A DNA stretch of 64,000 bases from NCBI RefSeq assembly GCF_009914755.1, contig NC_060926.1. One strand, 5' to 3'. The notes beneath the pieces were generated by a model, which saw nothing but the letters and a program-made list of their open reading frames with translations, had not been told where the DNA came from and ran no database searches. Below, piece after piece: positions 1 to 13,339 of the stretch. The translations under genes and the position numbers were made by a program. The number at the start of each line of letters is the position of its first letter. Within the stretch, counting starts at the first letter, position 1. Origin of the DNA: the human T2T-CHM13v2.0 reference genome, Homo sapiens.

Positions 1-25
1 CAGCGACTCGGAATGTGATGTATGA
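1..25 (+). CDS. SIX3: SIX3 homeobox protein, C-terminal codons of last exon (partial)
   Basis: Frame 2 reads AGC GAC TCG GAA TGT GAT GTA TGA = S-D-S-E-C-D-V-stop, the SIX3/SIX6-type C-terminus. A second stop (TAG) follows at 26-28. The convergent SIX2 gene at the other end of the window fixes the identity as SIX3. Confidence 0.9.
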
Positions 26-1335
26 TAGCCAAGGCCGCCCTCCTCCCTCTCCTTCCCCTCCTCCCCCACTCCTTCCCCTCCGCCTCCTAGCCCTCCTCCT
101 CTTCCTCCTCTTCCTTCTCCTCCTCCATCCCCAGAACAAACCGAAATCAGGATACCCAACCATACACACATACAAGTCCACACACACTCCCACCCCAGCC
201 AAAAATATATAAAAAACAAGAAAATAACAAATTAACCGCAAACTATCAACAACCCCCAACCACCATCTACCACTACGGCCACCCCAAAGGACCCCGACGC
301 CAACAGACAGTCAAACGCTGATGTTGCGGGCAGAAAACATAAAAGAGGTGACAATTGTATACTTTCTAGGACAAGCACGGCTTCTCCTTTCGGTTCCCAT
401 GGACCCGGCACCCCACCTGCATGACGATTTATTTGTATCTGGGAAAATATTCTCTCTAGTTAAAAATGATTTAAAGAGTCGACTATACAAAAATCAATCA
501 CCACCACGAGGACAAGAGGGCAAAAGCAAAACAGACAAAAAGAAAAAAAATCGCCGTCTCCGTTCCGAATTTGTTAAAAAAAAAAAAAAAAAAAAAGGAC
601 AGGGGAAAAAAAAAAAAAAAAAAGAACTCCTGGAGAGGGAAATAGCAAATGTGTCTTGCCTTTTGTTGCTCTCTCTCTCTTTTTTTTCTCTCGCTCTCTT
701 TCTTTCTCTTCTTCTCTCTGTTTTTAAGTCAAGTATTGGTCAAAAAAATGCAATCTTCTGTTTTTTGTTCAGCAGACAATCATTTTCTTCGTAAGCACCT
801 TTTTCTCTCCACTCTGTCACTGCCTGTGTGGGTACTGGTTATAAATGTGGAAAAAGAATAGTTATGACTGTAACAGATTTTTATTTTTATTTCAAAATTT
901 TATATGAATTATGTATATCTTAATGATCGGTCATTTTCCCAGTTTGTAATATATGTGTAGAAATTGCCTGTATATGATATTGCTTTTTCTCCTCTCCCTT
1001 TCTCTTTCTCTCCTCTCCCTCTCTCTGTCTTTCTCCCCGCTCAACTGTCTCTTTTCTTTTTGGGGTTCTCCTCCCACTCGGTGCTCCTGGTGTCGACTTG
1101 GCAGTCAAGGAGAGGCATGGTGGCCTGGGTTAGGAAGAGGGACCCTGTCGCTAGCAAAAGCGGAGAGTGAGATTGTAGTATTCTTATGCAAAAGCTATTT
1201 CCAGTATTTCTTAGCAGCTTCAGAGGTATCTCTCACTCCCTGTAGGGCGCTTTTACTGTTATCTTAAACTGCGTGTTTATCTATATGTAAAAACTTTCTA
1301 AAGCAAATACAGTATTCTCCATTTTCTTATCACTC
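26..1335 (+). other. SIX3: SIX3 3' UTR (end approximate)
   Basis: Follows the SIX3 stop, contains A-rich and CT-rich tracts, and ends near a variant poly(A) signal with a downstream GT/T-rich element. Confidence 0.75.
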
Positions 1336-1358
1336 CCAGAGACTGGTGTTTTTGTCTG
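1286..1358 (+). terminator. Putative SIX3 polyadenylation site (variant AATACA)
   Basis: TGTA at 1286-1289, AATACA at 1306-1311, CA dinucleotides at 1331-1338 and GT/T-rich GGTGTTTTTGTCTG at 1345-1358. Confidence 0.55.
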
Positions 1359-4300
1359 CCCCTGGCCCGCAGCCGCGGGGTGCTCGGCCTTCACTTCCAC
1401 TCCTGCTCACCTGAGCCGGGGCAGAATTTCAAGGCTGGATCTCAGCATTTTTTTTCCCCCCTGAGGGCATTGGGAAGACCAGAACAGGCCCTCCGGAAAA
1501 GAGCCAAAGCTGGATCCTGAGCAAAAAGGCAAAGATGGTTCAAGGGTTGGGAGCGGGAGGCTACCGCCAGTTTCTTCAGAGTCAGAAGCTAGGCCCACTT
1601 CACCACAGTATGCATTCAGCCGGAATTGTAGCCTGCCAAGACCCTGTGGGTCCTTGGGGGTGTGCTGGGCGTCTTTCAGTTGTTGTTGCTTTGTTTTTTA
1701 AAAGGAAAAACATACAAGGCCGCCAAACCCCAGCATCCATCCCGAGTAGAGCTGACAGGTTTTGTCTTCTTTTTGGGGGGTGGGGTGGTGGTGAGGACAG
1801 TGGCCTGAGTGGGGAAGGCAGGAGGAGTGAGGGAGGAGGTCGCTTGCAGAGTTTAGGGTCTAGAATCAGGATGGACTCCCCTCCTCACCTCCTGAGTGTG
1901 TGTCTATGTGACAGTGTGATTTGCCTTACGGCTCTCGATCTGTCTCCCTGAAATTTCTTCCCATCTTTGGGGTTCAGCTGGAGTCTCTCGAGCCCCTAAG
2001 ACATTTCAGAGTTGGTTTACACTTTAAAATGAAAACAAAAAAGTCACCACCTCTTACTAACCATGTTCCCACTGGCCCCAAGGCCTCCATGCCCTGGCCG
2101 GGGCCCCCACAATTCCCTGGGATGGCTTGGCTGGCCGTGCATCTGCCGCTCTGGGCCAGGGTGGCCTGCACCCAAGGAGGAGCAAAAGGGGTAATTTCAG
2201 AAAACTTGCTTTTACTTGAAAGTCCAATTTCCAAAGCAAGGAGGATTGGGGGAAACATGCCTGGAATTTTGCATCCGTTTCCAAACTAATTTTGACTTCC
2301 GATTTCCTTTTGTCCCCATCCCCAGCAGCACCAGCACCAGGGGGTTTAGGAGGGCCAGGCTGGGCAGAGAGGCTGTCTGGCCCAGAGGTGCCCTGAGTGT
2401 TCCAGTGGGACCTTGCATGTCCAGGGCGTGCATTTGCCAGGCAGGGAAGGTTCCTGAGTGCGCCCCTACTTAGAACCAGAGCATCCAGCTGACCTCCAGA
2501 GCTCCCAAGTTCTGTGGCCTGGCACATGGTGTCAGAATCTCTGTGTGTGTTCACTGCTCGGGAAAATATTCCTTGTCCTGCCACATTTCAGGCAATATCG
2601 ACCAGGTGGTAGGAATTTGGGAAAAGGACTGCCTGGATTCTACCCAACTTGAGCCTCTGTTCTGGGATGAGGAGCTCTGTCACCCACCTTTGCTTTTAGA
2701 TAATCAGTCACATACTTGACACAGAGCTTGGGCCTGGAAACCCAAAGAAGTGCCTGCCTCAGTGTGGAGAGTCTGGATGGACACTGCTCAGCCAACTGAC
2801 CAGAATTGACGGATGAAAGGCAAGAAGTTGCTCTGCTGGAGGGTGACTCCTGGAAGGGCCTGCCTAGATAGAGGACATCAAGGAGCAGGTGCCTTTTTGT
2901 CTAGGGGACAGGAGACAAACCTGGAAGTTAAAATGATTTCCTATCTCAACACACGGTGCAGAGAAAGCAGATTTGGGGCATCCAGTGCCCACTCCTTCTG
3001 TATTGCAGAAAACTGTCCATCAGACTCCACAGCAGCCTTTAGCTTTGGAGGGCCTGGGCCTTACTGGGTGTCAGCAGCCTGTTGTCTATCTGTCTATCCT
3101 GCTATCTATCATGTATCACTCTCTCATCTCCTGTGTTTCCATCCAGGTCTGCACGAATACCAATACTCTATGCTTTGTACTTTCTGACCTTACATATAGG
3201 TTCCCTGCAGGAAGGACATGTGTGTTTGTTGTGGGTGTGTAGATGTGTGCAATTCTGGATGCTGGGCTTTCAACCCTCAGTCAAGGTCTGAGGGCATACA
3301 AAAGGATGTGTGTGTGTGATGTTTGGTATAAATGTGTGTACAGTGCATTGGTGTGTGTCCAGTATGTTTTCATGTATACTGCATAGCACAGGTATTTGTG
3401 TATGGCTTAGGCAGTTTCTCTGTCCTTAGTTCTGCAAGGAGTGCATATTGGGGGGCTCCAATACACCTACAAGGTACTTGGGCATGTGTCTTGTGGGTCT
3501 TGGGTCTAGTGTAGACATGTGTGTGTTCCCTTGTTCTAGGCACTCCCTAGATATGACTGCCAGGCTGCCCACCTCTAACAGGTCTTCCTGTCCCTTTAAG
3601 ACTTAAGGGATCTCAATGGGTATTCATTGGCTGGAGGGCAGAAGGGGATTGGGCTCTTTGGCTATCCCAGTCCATCCTTTATTCTGTTTGATTTACTGGG
3701 GATATTATGGTTGATTCGGCCTTTGCCCCTTTAAACATCGGAGTGAGAGAATAGAGGCCCCTTTCTGGCCAGATCTTGCCTTTTACCAGCTGCTGGCCTA
3801 GGCCTAGTCTTTTCTGGGCCCCTCAAAGCCCTGGCCAAAGCGGTCAACACCCTACGGGCCACTCAGACAGAGCTTGAGGGCAAGGCCAGGCTGAAGTTCC
3901 ACCTGCAGAAAGCCATCTCAGTCACTGCACAGCCCCCACCTCCTGGGAATGCTGCAGGTTGTGCCTCGGCCAGGAGAATGTGTGCATTGGTGTGTGCTCT
4001 CTCGTGGGTCTTGTGAGCCTGGGTCAGACCCAATATGCAGGCCTAAGTGCTAACCATCTGTCCCCTATGTCTGGGCCATGCAGCAGCCAGTAGGCTGGCT
4101 CCTCTGCTTCTGGCGTTCCAGTGAGTCCGCACCCACTACCCTGCACGCAGCACACTTCCGCCTGGCATCCCAGCGGAGTGTTCTGGCTCGGAGCCTTCCC
4201 TGTGTGCTTAGACCTCCTGTGTACCTCAGTCACTTACCGTAAGTTTCCAGAGGCTTGAGGAATAATAGCCAACTTGGCTATTTTCTCAAAGAAAAATAAT

Positions 4301-4539
4301 GACAATCCAAGATTTGCATTGGAAACCTGAACAGGCAGAATGGGGTGTGAAACTGGGCAAATCTGTATCAAAGCCTTGACCCCTCGATGTGCCTGCCTGA
4401 GGGAAGAGGCCCGTCTACCCCTTCTGGCCTGCTCACTCTCTCCGCACCCAGCCCTCTTCCGTCCCTGCCCCTAGCCCTGGCCCTGAGCCCCCCACCTGGC
4501 CTCTCTTCTTGCCCTCCTTGAATCCTGCGGAATCGACTG

Positions 4540-5400
4540 CCCAGTGCCAGTGCAGTTGATTATCCCCGGCGAGACACACAACTGATTAAAATGAAATGAC
4601 CCGGAAGCTGCCACGGCGCGGGGCGGAGATGCCGATCAATAGTGGGGCTGGAGGCACGAGTCTGGCCAGTCCCGGCTGGGAATGGGGTTGAAGACGAAGG
4701 GCCCAGCCTGGGGGTGCCTGAGACTTTGGGCGGGGAGACGGTTCAGTGAGGCAGCGGGAAGGCCCTTGCCTGGGCTTGCCGAGGGGGCTGTGATGGTGGA
4801 GTGGCCCCCAGGTTCTTCTGCAAGGAGAATAGGACAGCCTGGTACATTCTCGACCCAGCGCATCACCCGGGACCCCGGAGCTCGAAGTCCATTCCCAGGC
4901 CTGTGGCGCACTGGATGCACTCGGCGTCTTGGAGCAGTCTCTTCTCCCTCTCTTCTTCCTCTGCCTCCGTGGCCCTGTCAGTCCCGCCTAAGCCTTTGTG
5001 TGGCCGTCACCTGGAGCACCGGCTGTGCCTCAGGGACTTTCCCGGGCCTTCCCCTTGTCCTCTCTGTCCCCCAGCGCTGGAGCCGAGATGCCCGGCCCGC
5101 GGGACGCTCGACCCCCTGGTACGCGCGCTGAGGCCCCCACGGCTTCCCACCGCTCCGGCCCTTTCCGGCCCCAGCTGAGCTGAAGCTCCCTGGCCCCAGT
5201 GTGCGGGCCCCGGTGGCCGTCTGGCCCGAGGGAGGGCGGGGGCAGGCGAGAGGGAGCCATGGAGGAGGGGAGCAGTACTAGCCCGGCTCCAATTTCTCCG
5301 GTCAGCTGAGCACAACTTTCCATTCGAGTGTATTCATGCAGCGGCTGATTGAGCTCCACTGTGCCGGGCGGGGCTCGGCGGGAGCGGGCAGGAACAGCCA
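4540..5400. promoter_or_regulatory. CpG island downstream of SIX3
   Basis: High GC content and CpG density by inspection. Confidence 0.7.
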
Positions 5401-5412
5401 GGCTGACAGAGG

Positions 5413-5414
<2 letters not shown>

Positions 5415-5460
<46 letters not shown>
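5415..5460 (+). repeat. (CA)n microsatellite
   Basis: About 23 uninterrupted dinucleotide units. Confidence 0.95.
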
Positions 5461-5462
<2 letters not shown>

Positions 5463-6124
5463 ATGTGCAATTCATCTCATCTACATAAACATGCCCTCTA
5501 TGTTATATCACACCTCACCTCCAGCCGTGCCATCATAAACACAGCCGAGCCCCTTCCCTCAGGCACCTACCTGCCCTCAGAGCAGTTTCCCAGCACCCAT
5601 AGACCTGCTTCTCTACACAACATAAGGCCTGCCTTTCTGATTTTCCCCTTATGGATTCTACACCGGTCCTCAGATACAAACACAAGAATCCTTCATCTGC
5701 CTTTCCTGCAGGCACACTCTCCAGGATGCATGCACTCCAAATCTGTACAGTCGCACGCACAAAATGCCCAGGCTCACAATCGCACCCTCCTACAGAGCTA
5801 CCCAGATTCACACAATAGAAATACACATCTGCATAAAATGGCATTAGCACCAATAGACATTTAGTGCACAGCCTGTTGTAAGTACACAGTGTGCTGGGGC
5901 TAACCAAAAGTTTAAACACAAGAAAGGGAGAAAATGAACAATAAATCCAGTCAGAGAACACAGCCACTACACAGTCACCATGACAAACACACAGAGGAAA
6001 CCTTCGGGCACACACACATACCTGTGAGCCAACCCAGAGACATAAGACATGCCACCCAGAGGCATGCCAACCTCCAAACCACAGAGCTTGACTCTAGGGA
6101 CTCACAGACCACCCATTCATTGCG

Positions 6125-6127
6125 CAC

Positions 6128-6162
<35 letters not shown>
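6125..6162 (+). repeat. (CA)n microsatellite, interrupted
   Basis: Direct inspection. Confidence 0.9.
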
Positions 6163-6835
6163 CTAGGCTAGGGCCCAAAGAAGATAGGTAGGGAACTAGA
6201 TAAGCACCTTGAGAGAAGCATGCCTGCTGTTGGGAGTGAGCAGGTAAACAGAGGCCTCTGTGTTACAATCCACCCCTAAATGCCCATGTTATGCTGTTCT
6301 GCAGAGCAAGAAGGGAGAGTGAAGAAGAGGGCTATAAATTATAGAGTGAGGATAAAGGCAAAAGGAAAAGGGAGAGAAAGGAGAGGGAGTTGAAACAAAA
6401 AGTGAGGAGAGGAGAGAACAGGGAAGGGGCGGGAGCTGGAAGGGTCTGAGGGAAGATGGGGAGCAGCTTCCCAGGCTTAAGCAGGGGGAGGGCCAAGGCT
6501 GGTTGGGGAGAGGGTGCCATTGCAGCAGGAGAGCAATTCCTTCTCCAAGAAAGCGCCTAGGGGAGCACGTTGACTTGTGGCCGGCTGGACTTGGGAAGTG
6601 AGACGAATACTGGGGGTGCACAGCAGTTTGGGGCCCAACAGCACCCATTCCCCTTGTGGGCTGGGGAGGTCATGCAGCTTCCTCTGCCCAGAAGAGGCCC
6701 ACCCAAGAAAGCACCCACCTTCCCATGCCTCCCTTCCCTGGACTCAGGGGCAGCTTTTCCCCTCACACTACACACTCTTAGAGATGCCCCCAATATGATT
6801 CCATTCGTAAGACACACACAGTCACTGCTCTGCAT

Positions 6836-6836
<1 letters not shown>

Positions 6837-6872
<36 letters not shown>
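6837..6872 (+). repeat. (CA)n microsatellite
   Basis: Direct inspection. Confidence 0.95.
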
Positions 6873-6875
<3 letters not shown>

Positions 6876-7319
6876 CTCTGCCTTCTACAGTGGGCATAGG
6901 CAACCACCCACTTCTGCTCAGGGATGCCGCAAGGGACAGAAGCATATCTGCACTCCTAGCAACGACTCCCCACTTTTTACAAATAAAACCACGACTCTAA
7001 CTGGTTTCTACACACACTCTTTTTGGAAAAGAAAAGGGCTTTAACCTGCAGGAGTCTAACCCGTCAAGACGTCGAGGACCTTTACAGAATGTGCTGGCAA
7101 GAAAGGAGAGCACAGGCAAGTCACACACACATGCATGTGCCAGGCTCTGCCTACACTCCAGCCCCGCCAGGCTGCTCACGGCAGGCTCAGTCAGGGTGGA
7201 GGCCCTCTCTGCCTGAGGATGGAAATGGCTGTGTGGCTGGAGGAGCTACAGACCAGCCAGGCACTGGCTGTTCTCTATCTTTTATTTTTTATTTTTATTT
7301 TTTTCTGAAAAGATGAGGC

Positions 7320-8530
7320 TTGGCAGGAGGGGCGAGTTCCCTGGGGACTTCTCGGATCCCTGCAGGCAGGAAGAGTGTGCGGGGCCCAAGAACCGAAACA
7401 GGAGGTCCGAGGGACCAAGGCAGGGTCCAGACGTGAGGGGGAGCGCGGCGGGGCGTGGGGGACGCGGCCCCCGGGGCAGGGGTCCGGGATCTGCGGACGT
7501 GGCCCGGTGGGGAGCGCGCCCCTTGGTCCCCGCTCCGCCCTCCGGCCTTCGCGGCGCTCTCTCGCTGGGCCTTTGTCCCCACCTCTCAGGCTCGGACTCC
7601 GTCTTTCTTCTTTCAGGCCGCTGGGAGGCGCTGTGGCCGAAGCCCCGGCCTCTCCCAGCCTGATGCCCTGGTCCTGCAGCCGCGCCGTCTTTCTCCGCAC
7701 CCGGTTCCCGCGGGGCTGGGCTGCCTCAGGCGATGGCCCGGCCTGTGGCTGGGCCCGCACTGCCTTTGGTTTGTTGGATTTTGCGATATTTACCATAATA
7801 ATTAATTTGCCGCCATTCAACAGAATATCTTAGCAAGGCCCCTTAACGACTGGAAGCGCTGCTAATTCCCTGCGTATGCGCCTCTCCCTCTGCAGCCCGG
7901 GACAGGCGCAGCCGCCTTTTGCCTGCCCCTACCTCGCCCGGGACACACTGGCGCCGCCTGGCCAGGCCCGACTGGGAGGAAGGACAGAGGACCGACGGAC
8001 ACTTGTACATGTGCGGGCGCACGGAACCCAGGCCCCGGCCACCGCTGCCTTTCCCCTGTGTGTCTGAGCTGAAGCGGCTACGCTTATACCGGGAGGTGAA
8101 ACGGAAGCTCAGAGAGGGCCATAATTTGGCCACTGTCACACAGCCAACCTCCACCTTCACCCGGCTACACCAACACACTCGATGACCTTCTCTGTCTTCC
8201 TCGCCGTGCGCTCCCGATAGCGGGGGAAATACTTTTCTGAGACGCCTCTCTGGGCACGCAAGATGAGGCGAAAGCGGGAGAAGGGAGTGGGATAGGACCG
8301 GGAGCGGGCGGCCCTGGGCTCTGCCCTTCTGGGCGCGCCATCGCTCCCGCCACCTGCACTAGGACTTTGCAGGAACGCGCCTCCTACGCGCTGCCTAGGA
8401 GGACCAGACGCGAGACAAGCGCTCAGCAAGCAGCTACGTGCAGGCAGACCTACCAAGCCAGGAGAAAGAGCGGGGATTTCAGGGGCCTCCGCTCCCACAG
8501 CGGACCGGCCTCCGCTTAAACCACCAGCAC
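7320..8530. promoter_or_regulatory. CpG island with an AT-rich homeodomain-motif core
   Basis: Dense CpGs, with an embedded CATAATAATTAATTTG at about 7793-7809. Confidence 0.75.
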
Positions 8531-9214
8531 TTCCCAGTGGGCTGGGAATCGAGGATGTGAAGTGTGTGGATACATGTGAACGTTGTTGAGTGTGCAGTGA
8601 GACTGTTGTGCAGATTCTCATGAATTGCAAGAGAAATATTTACCTTGTGCGGGTGACAAGTCTACCTGCAGATGAGCCCGGGGGCTTGTCCAGTGCTTGT
8701 GAGCATGATGCAGAAATATCAACTAAGTTCTCGAAGAATGGAGGGGAGAGGGACAAGCACAATTGAGCCCTGTCCTCAAGTTTCTCACGATCCAGTAGGA
8801 GGGACAGTTGAGGTCACCACTTAAAAACAAACCAACCCCGTGGAGTTGCACACAGTGTTTCCCGGAGTGTCAACTTCGCAATTAATTACTACAACTTTGG
8901 CGGTGGGGATAGAGAGGGCTTCTCTGAGTTCTCTGAGCAGATGGCACTGACCCAGAAGGATGAATCGGATTGAGTGGAGGAGATTCTAGGCAGGAATGGC
9001 AGGTGGGAAGGCATGGAGGAGGTGTCAGGTCCAGTGGGGAGCAGTGCAGTGTGGCTGGCCCGCCGGGAGTACTGTAGTGTGGGGCCCATGGGTTTTTGAG
9101 AGGTTGGTAATTGATTCTGAGGGAAGAGGGAGTAGGGATTAATTACAAGATCAGGCAAGTTGTGTGGCCTTGATCCCATGGGTACTGGGGAGCCAAATAA
9201 AACTGTATGAAAGT

Positions 9215-9571
<357 letters not shown>

Positions 9572-9719
9572 TTAAGGACTGTAGTCGGGGGCAGTGAGGC
9601 TGTAGACAGGAAGGCCCCTAGGAAACTATTCCAATAGGCAGGACTGAGCTAAGACGCCAGAATGGGTTAAAGGCATTTCCAAGGAGGAATGGTGAGGACT
9701 TGATGACCAGCTGCAGACC

Positions 9720-11250
9720 TTATAGGCTGCCCTCCGACCTTCAGCTTCCTGTGCGCTCACAATTCACGTGCTCACACGTGCTCCTTAGAGGGGTCTGTCG
9801 GTGGACGCCGCGAACCAATCAAACCCTTGCACTTTGTTCCAAAACCCATTCCCTACCAGAATGGGAGTCCTGTAGGGCCAGGTCTCCTCCCATACCCACC
9901 CATTTCGGCCTTTGTTCTACTGCACAATAACAGCTGGCACTGGGGTGCGGGAGGACGGTGAAAGCTCGAGTCCCAGGCTCCAAATCCTCCAGGAGTAACT
10001 GGGGTGACCCGAGGAGAGCAGCGCACTGGGTGAGTGGAAGCGTGGCCCGTGAGAAGGGTACCGAGGGTCAGAAGTGTCGCAAGGGACCCAGGACGCGCGC
10101 GCCTCCGAACCCCTGAGTCTTCGCAGGCTCTGCGAAACTTCAGTGCGCGCAGCCTCCTGCACACCGTTTTCGCGCGACCTCCCTGCCTCGGTCTCCAGGG
10201 GTCAAGCCAACCCAGCGCGGGAATGTTCCATTTGCCCTTTTGGGACATTCAGAGAGGCTTTTCCGGGCTGCCGCGGCGCTTCCACGCAGAGGAGGCGTCG
10301 GCTTCCAGGCAGCTTGGCGATCTTGTTATTGGACACGCGAGAGTTTAGAGACCCAGAGAAATGGAGTGAGTCAAAGTCAAACTCAAGTTTCTCGGCCCCT
10401 AGTCCTGCGATTCTTCCATTGCACATTGCACCCCTGGGCCTTTCACATCTGCTCCTAGCGAGCTTGGAGTGTAGGTGCGACCAGGGCGCATCTGTGCCAG
10501 TGCGTGTCTGCGTGCGTGGCCTTTGGGTGACTCCACGCCCGCAACTGTCTCCGACTGTGTGGGCGCGTGTGTGGCAGGTACCCAGGAGCAGGACAGGGAG
10601 GGAAGCCTCAGCTTCCAGACCCGCTCTCGCGTGCTGGCGGGAGCGGTGGGTAGGAGCAGGAGGTATGTGGTGAAGGATGTAGGCGGACTAGGGCTCTGTC
10701 CCCGCAGAAGAGTCCAGGACGCAACCCCTCACGCCGGGCCAGCGGGGAGGCAGGAGTATGGTGGACCCGTTCCCCCAGGGATGGGAGAGCTGAGGAAGGC
10801 TGCAGGTCGGATAGCTAGATTCCATGATGCCCCCAAGAAGTTGCCAGACTCCAGTCTGGGAGCTCTCAAGAGCCAGAGACCCAGGGAAGTCCCCTCTTTG
10901 GCCTCCGAGGACCCCGAAGCCTGGCAGCAGTGCTCAGCCTTGGACCCCGCGGTTCCGCGGCCGGACGCCCCTCGCGCTGGCTGTGCGCACCCTGGCGCAA
11001 AGCACTGCAGGTTGGAGGCGGAAAGCAGCGCGCTCTGGGGCCACTGGCGGGTTTTTGCTGCCACCTCGCGGCGATGGTGCATAGCACGCGAACCCTCCGC
11101 ACCGCGGGCCTTGGTAGTGCACGTGGGTGGTGTGGGGGGCCTTGCCCTGCCGCGCTGTCCTTTTCTGCTCGAGTTTTCGCAACACCTCTTCCACCGGGAT
11201 AGCCTGCTTCTCCTCTTGAGGGACTGCGCGCTGTCTTATACCAAAGTCCA
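9720..11250. promoter_or_regulatory. CpG island, possible lncRNA promoter
   Basis: CpG-rich, with two CACGTG E-boxes (9765-9770, 9775-9780) and CCAAT at about 9815. Confidence 0.7.
11056..11074 (-). promoter_or_regulatory. CTCF motif (reverse orientation)
   Basis: Minus strand reads TCGCCGCGAGGTGGCAGCA, matching CCGCGNGGNGGCAG. Confidence 0.6.
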
Positions 11251-12761
11251 CCATTTTGCGTGGGTAGGACCCTCCACCCTGGCCTGTGGGATTTGGAGTC
11301 ACCTTTCTAGCTCCTTTCTCTTGCTTTACTACTTGATCCCGTGGCTGCCCACCTGGACTTGCAATAGGTCTCATGCTAATATTTCCCTTCTTCGGCACTA
11401 TTAACTTCTTGTCTTGCAGATAGATGCCTCTAGGTCTCCTACAGCGGGAGTGTGGGGCTGTCTTCCATGGTGATAGGCTGTCTGGTGGGAAGCCATGCGG
11501 AGCTAGTACCCTCTCCTCTCCACAAGGGCTTGCTGAAGGCCTTCCATATGCCTGACGCTGCCACACCTTGGAGACAGCCAATGGCAGCCTAGACCCTGGC
11601 CCTGCGATTATAGTTTAGTGCAAGCAGAGAAACACAATACACAAATTATCATTGAAGCTGCCATATGGAGGTATGGACAAAGTGGGAGCCCGAGGAGGGC
11701 CTTTGAAACAAATCTTGATGGATAAGCATGAGTTTTCCAGGCCAGTGAGGAGGGAAGGACAGTCAAGGGACTGGGAAGTGTGTGTCCAAAGACACCTGGG
11801 TACAAAAGAGCATTGGGTGCTGAGAGGGACAGCTGTTTCCTGGGGTGCTCCACAGTCTGATGGTGAAGACATTGCTTTGCTCTGGACAGCATAGCCAGCC
11901 AGCTTGGGCGAATGTATTGATAAGAGTATCAAGTGTCAGCAGTGAAAGGAATATTTGGAATTGCTTCGTTTTCCATTTAAATAGACAAGGAAACCGAGAT
12001 TCTGGCTAAGTCTCTGTCCTTAAGTACAAAGCTAGTTAGGTGGCCGATTGCTCTATAGAGTCCACCATGGTGCCTAAGGGAGGCTGCGTTCCAATGCCAG
12101 GTGGTCTGGAAAGAGGAGGGTGGTGGTGGTGGTGGGGAGTGGTTAAGAGGAGCCATCACAGGCTCTTTTCCTTTTCTCAGCTACAGTTTTGCTTGCCTGC
12201 TTCTCTCTCAGGCAGCATAAATACTAACCATTACTCTCTTCTCTACAGATGCAATCATTCTAAAAGCTTTGGGGTTTTTTGTTTGTTTGGTATGTTTGCT
12301 GCCAAAACTATTTGGCAGCCAAACCTGACCTAAACAGTATGAAGCTATTTATAGTCTTTATTTATCCTGCTTGTCATAGATATCAGATGTTTCACTGCAG
12401 AAATGCTGATGTGTTGGATTACAGGTACTGCTCTGGACCCCCTTGGGTGGTGTTATGTAATACAGAATATACGGACCATTATAGGTACCTTTCTGAAATC
12501 TCCAAAACTATGAATTTCCCAGGGTTTTGGAAACGGTTTGTGGTCCTTTGGGATTGAGCCTGGATTGTCTTATGATAAAGAGGTTCATGGTGGGAGAGGA
12601 AGTCAGGAGAGACTGGGAATTTAAACAACGTAATGAGACAAACCATGATTGGTAGTTTGCAGGAAGAGTAGGTCAAGTTGGCTGTGGGACAGGGTCACAG
12701 GGCCAGCCCAGCAAAGCTGCTGGCATCCTGGAGGGCCTCAGGGGCTAGGGTCTTAAATTTC

Positions 12762-13083
<322 letters not shown>

Positions 13084-13339
13084 TAGATAAGATCCTGGCT
13101 CCAGGCATTTTTTTCATGGCCGTTCTCTCCCAGAGTCAGACTCTCCCCTTGATGCCAGAATTCTCCCTTTCTCCAGACCCAGGGAACACCTAACTCCACC
13201 TCTCCGGGTCAGTCAGGTAGGGGCAGCCAGATGCTCACCCTATCCCCTGGATGTCCTGGGGGAAAATCCGTCTCTATCATAAAGCCATAGTAAGTGCCTA
13301 AAATGTGAAAACTTTACATGAGAGAGACAGCTGCGAAGG

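Noticed and set aside
321-794. 157-aa Lys-rich/hydrophobic ORF
   Set aside because: It is a translation of poly(A) and CT tracts in the SIX3 3' UTR.
9765-9780. Tandem E-boxes as a ChREBP carbohydrate response element
   Set aside because: The spacer is 4 bp, whereas a ChoRE requires 5 bp.
10475-11404. 309-codon ORF, the longest in the track
   Set aside because: It starts at GTG, lies in a stop-poor CpG island, overlaps similarly long ORFs in other frames and has no recognisable domain.
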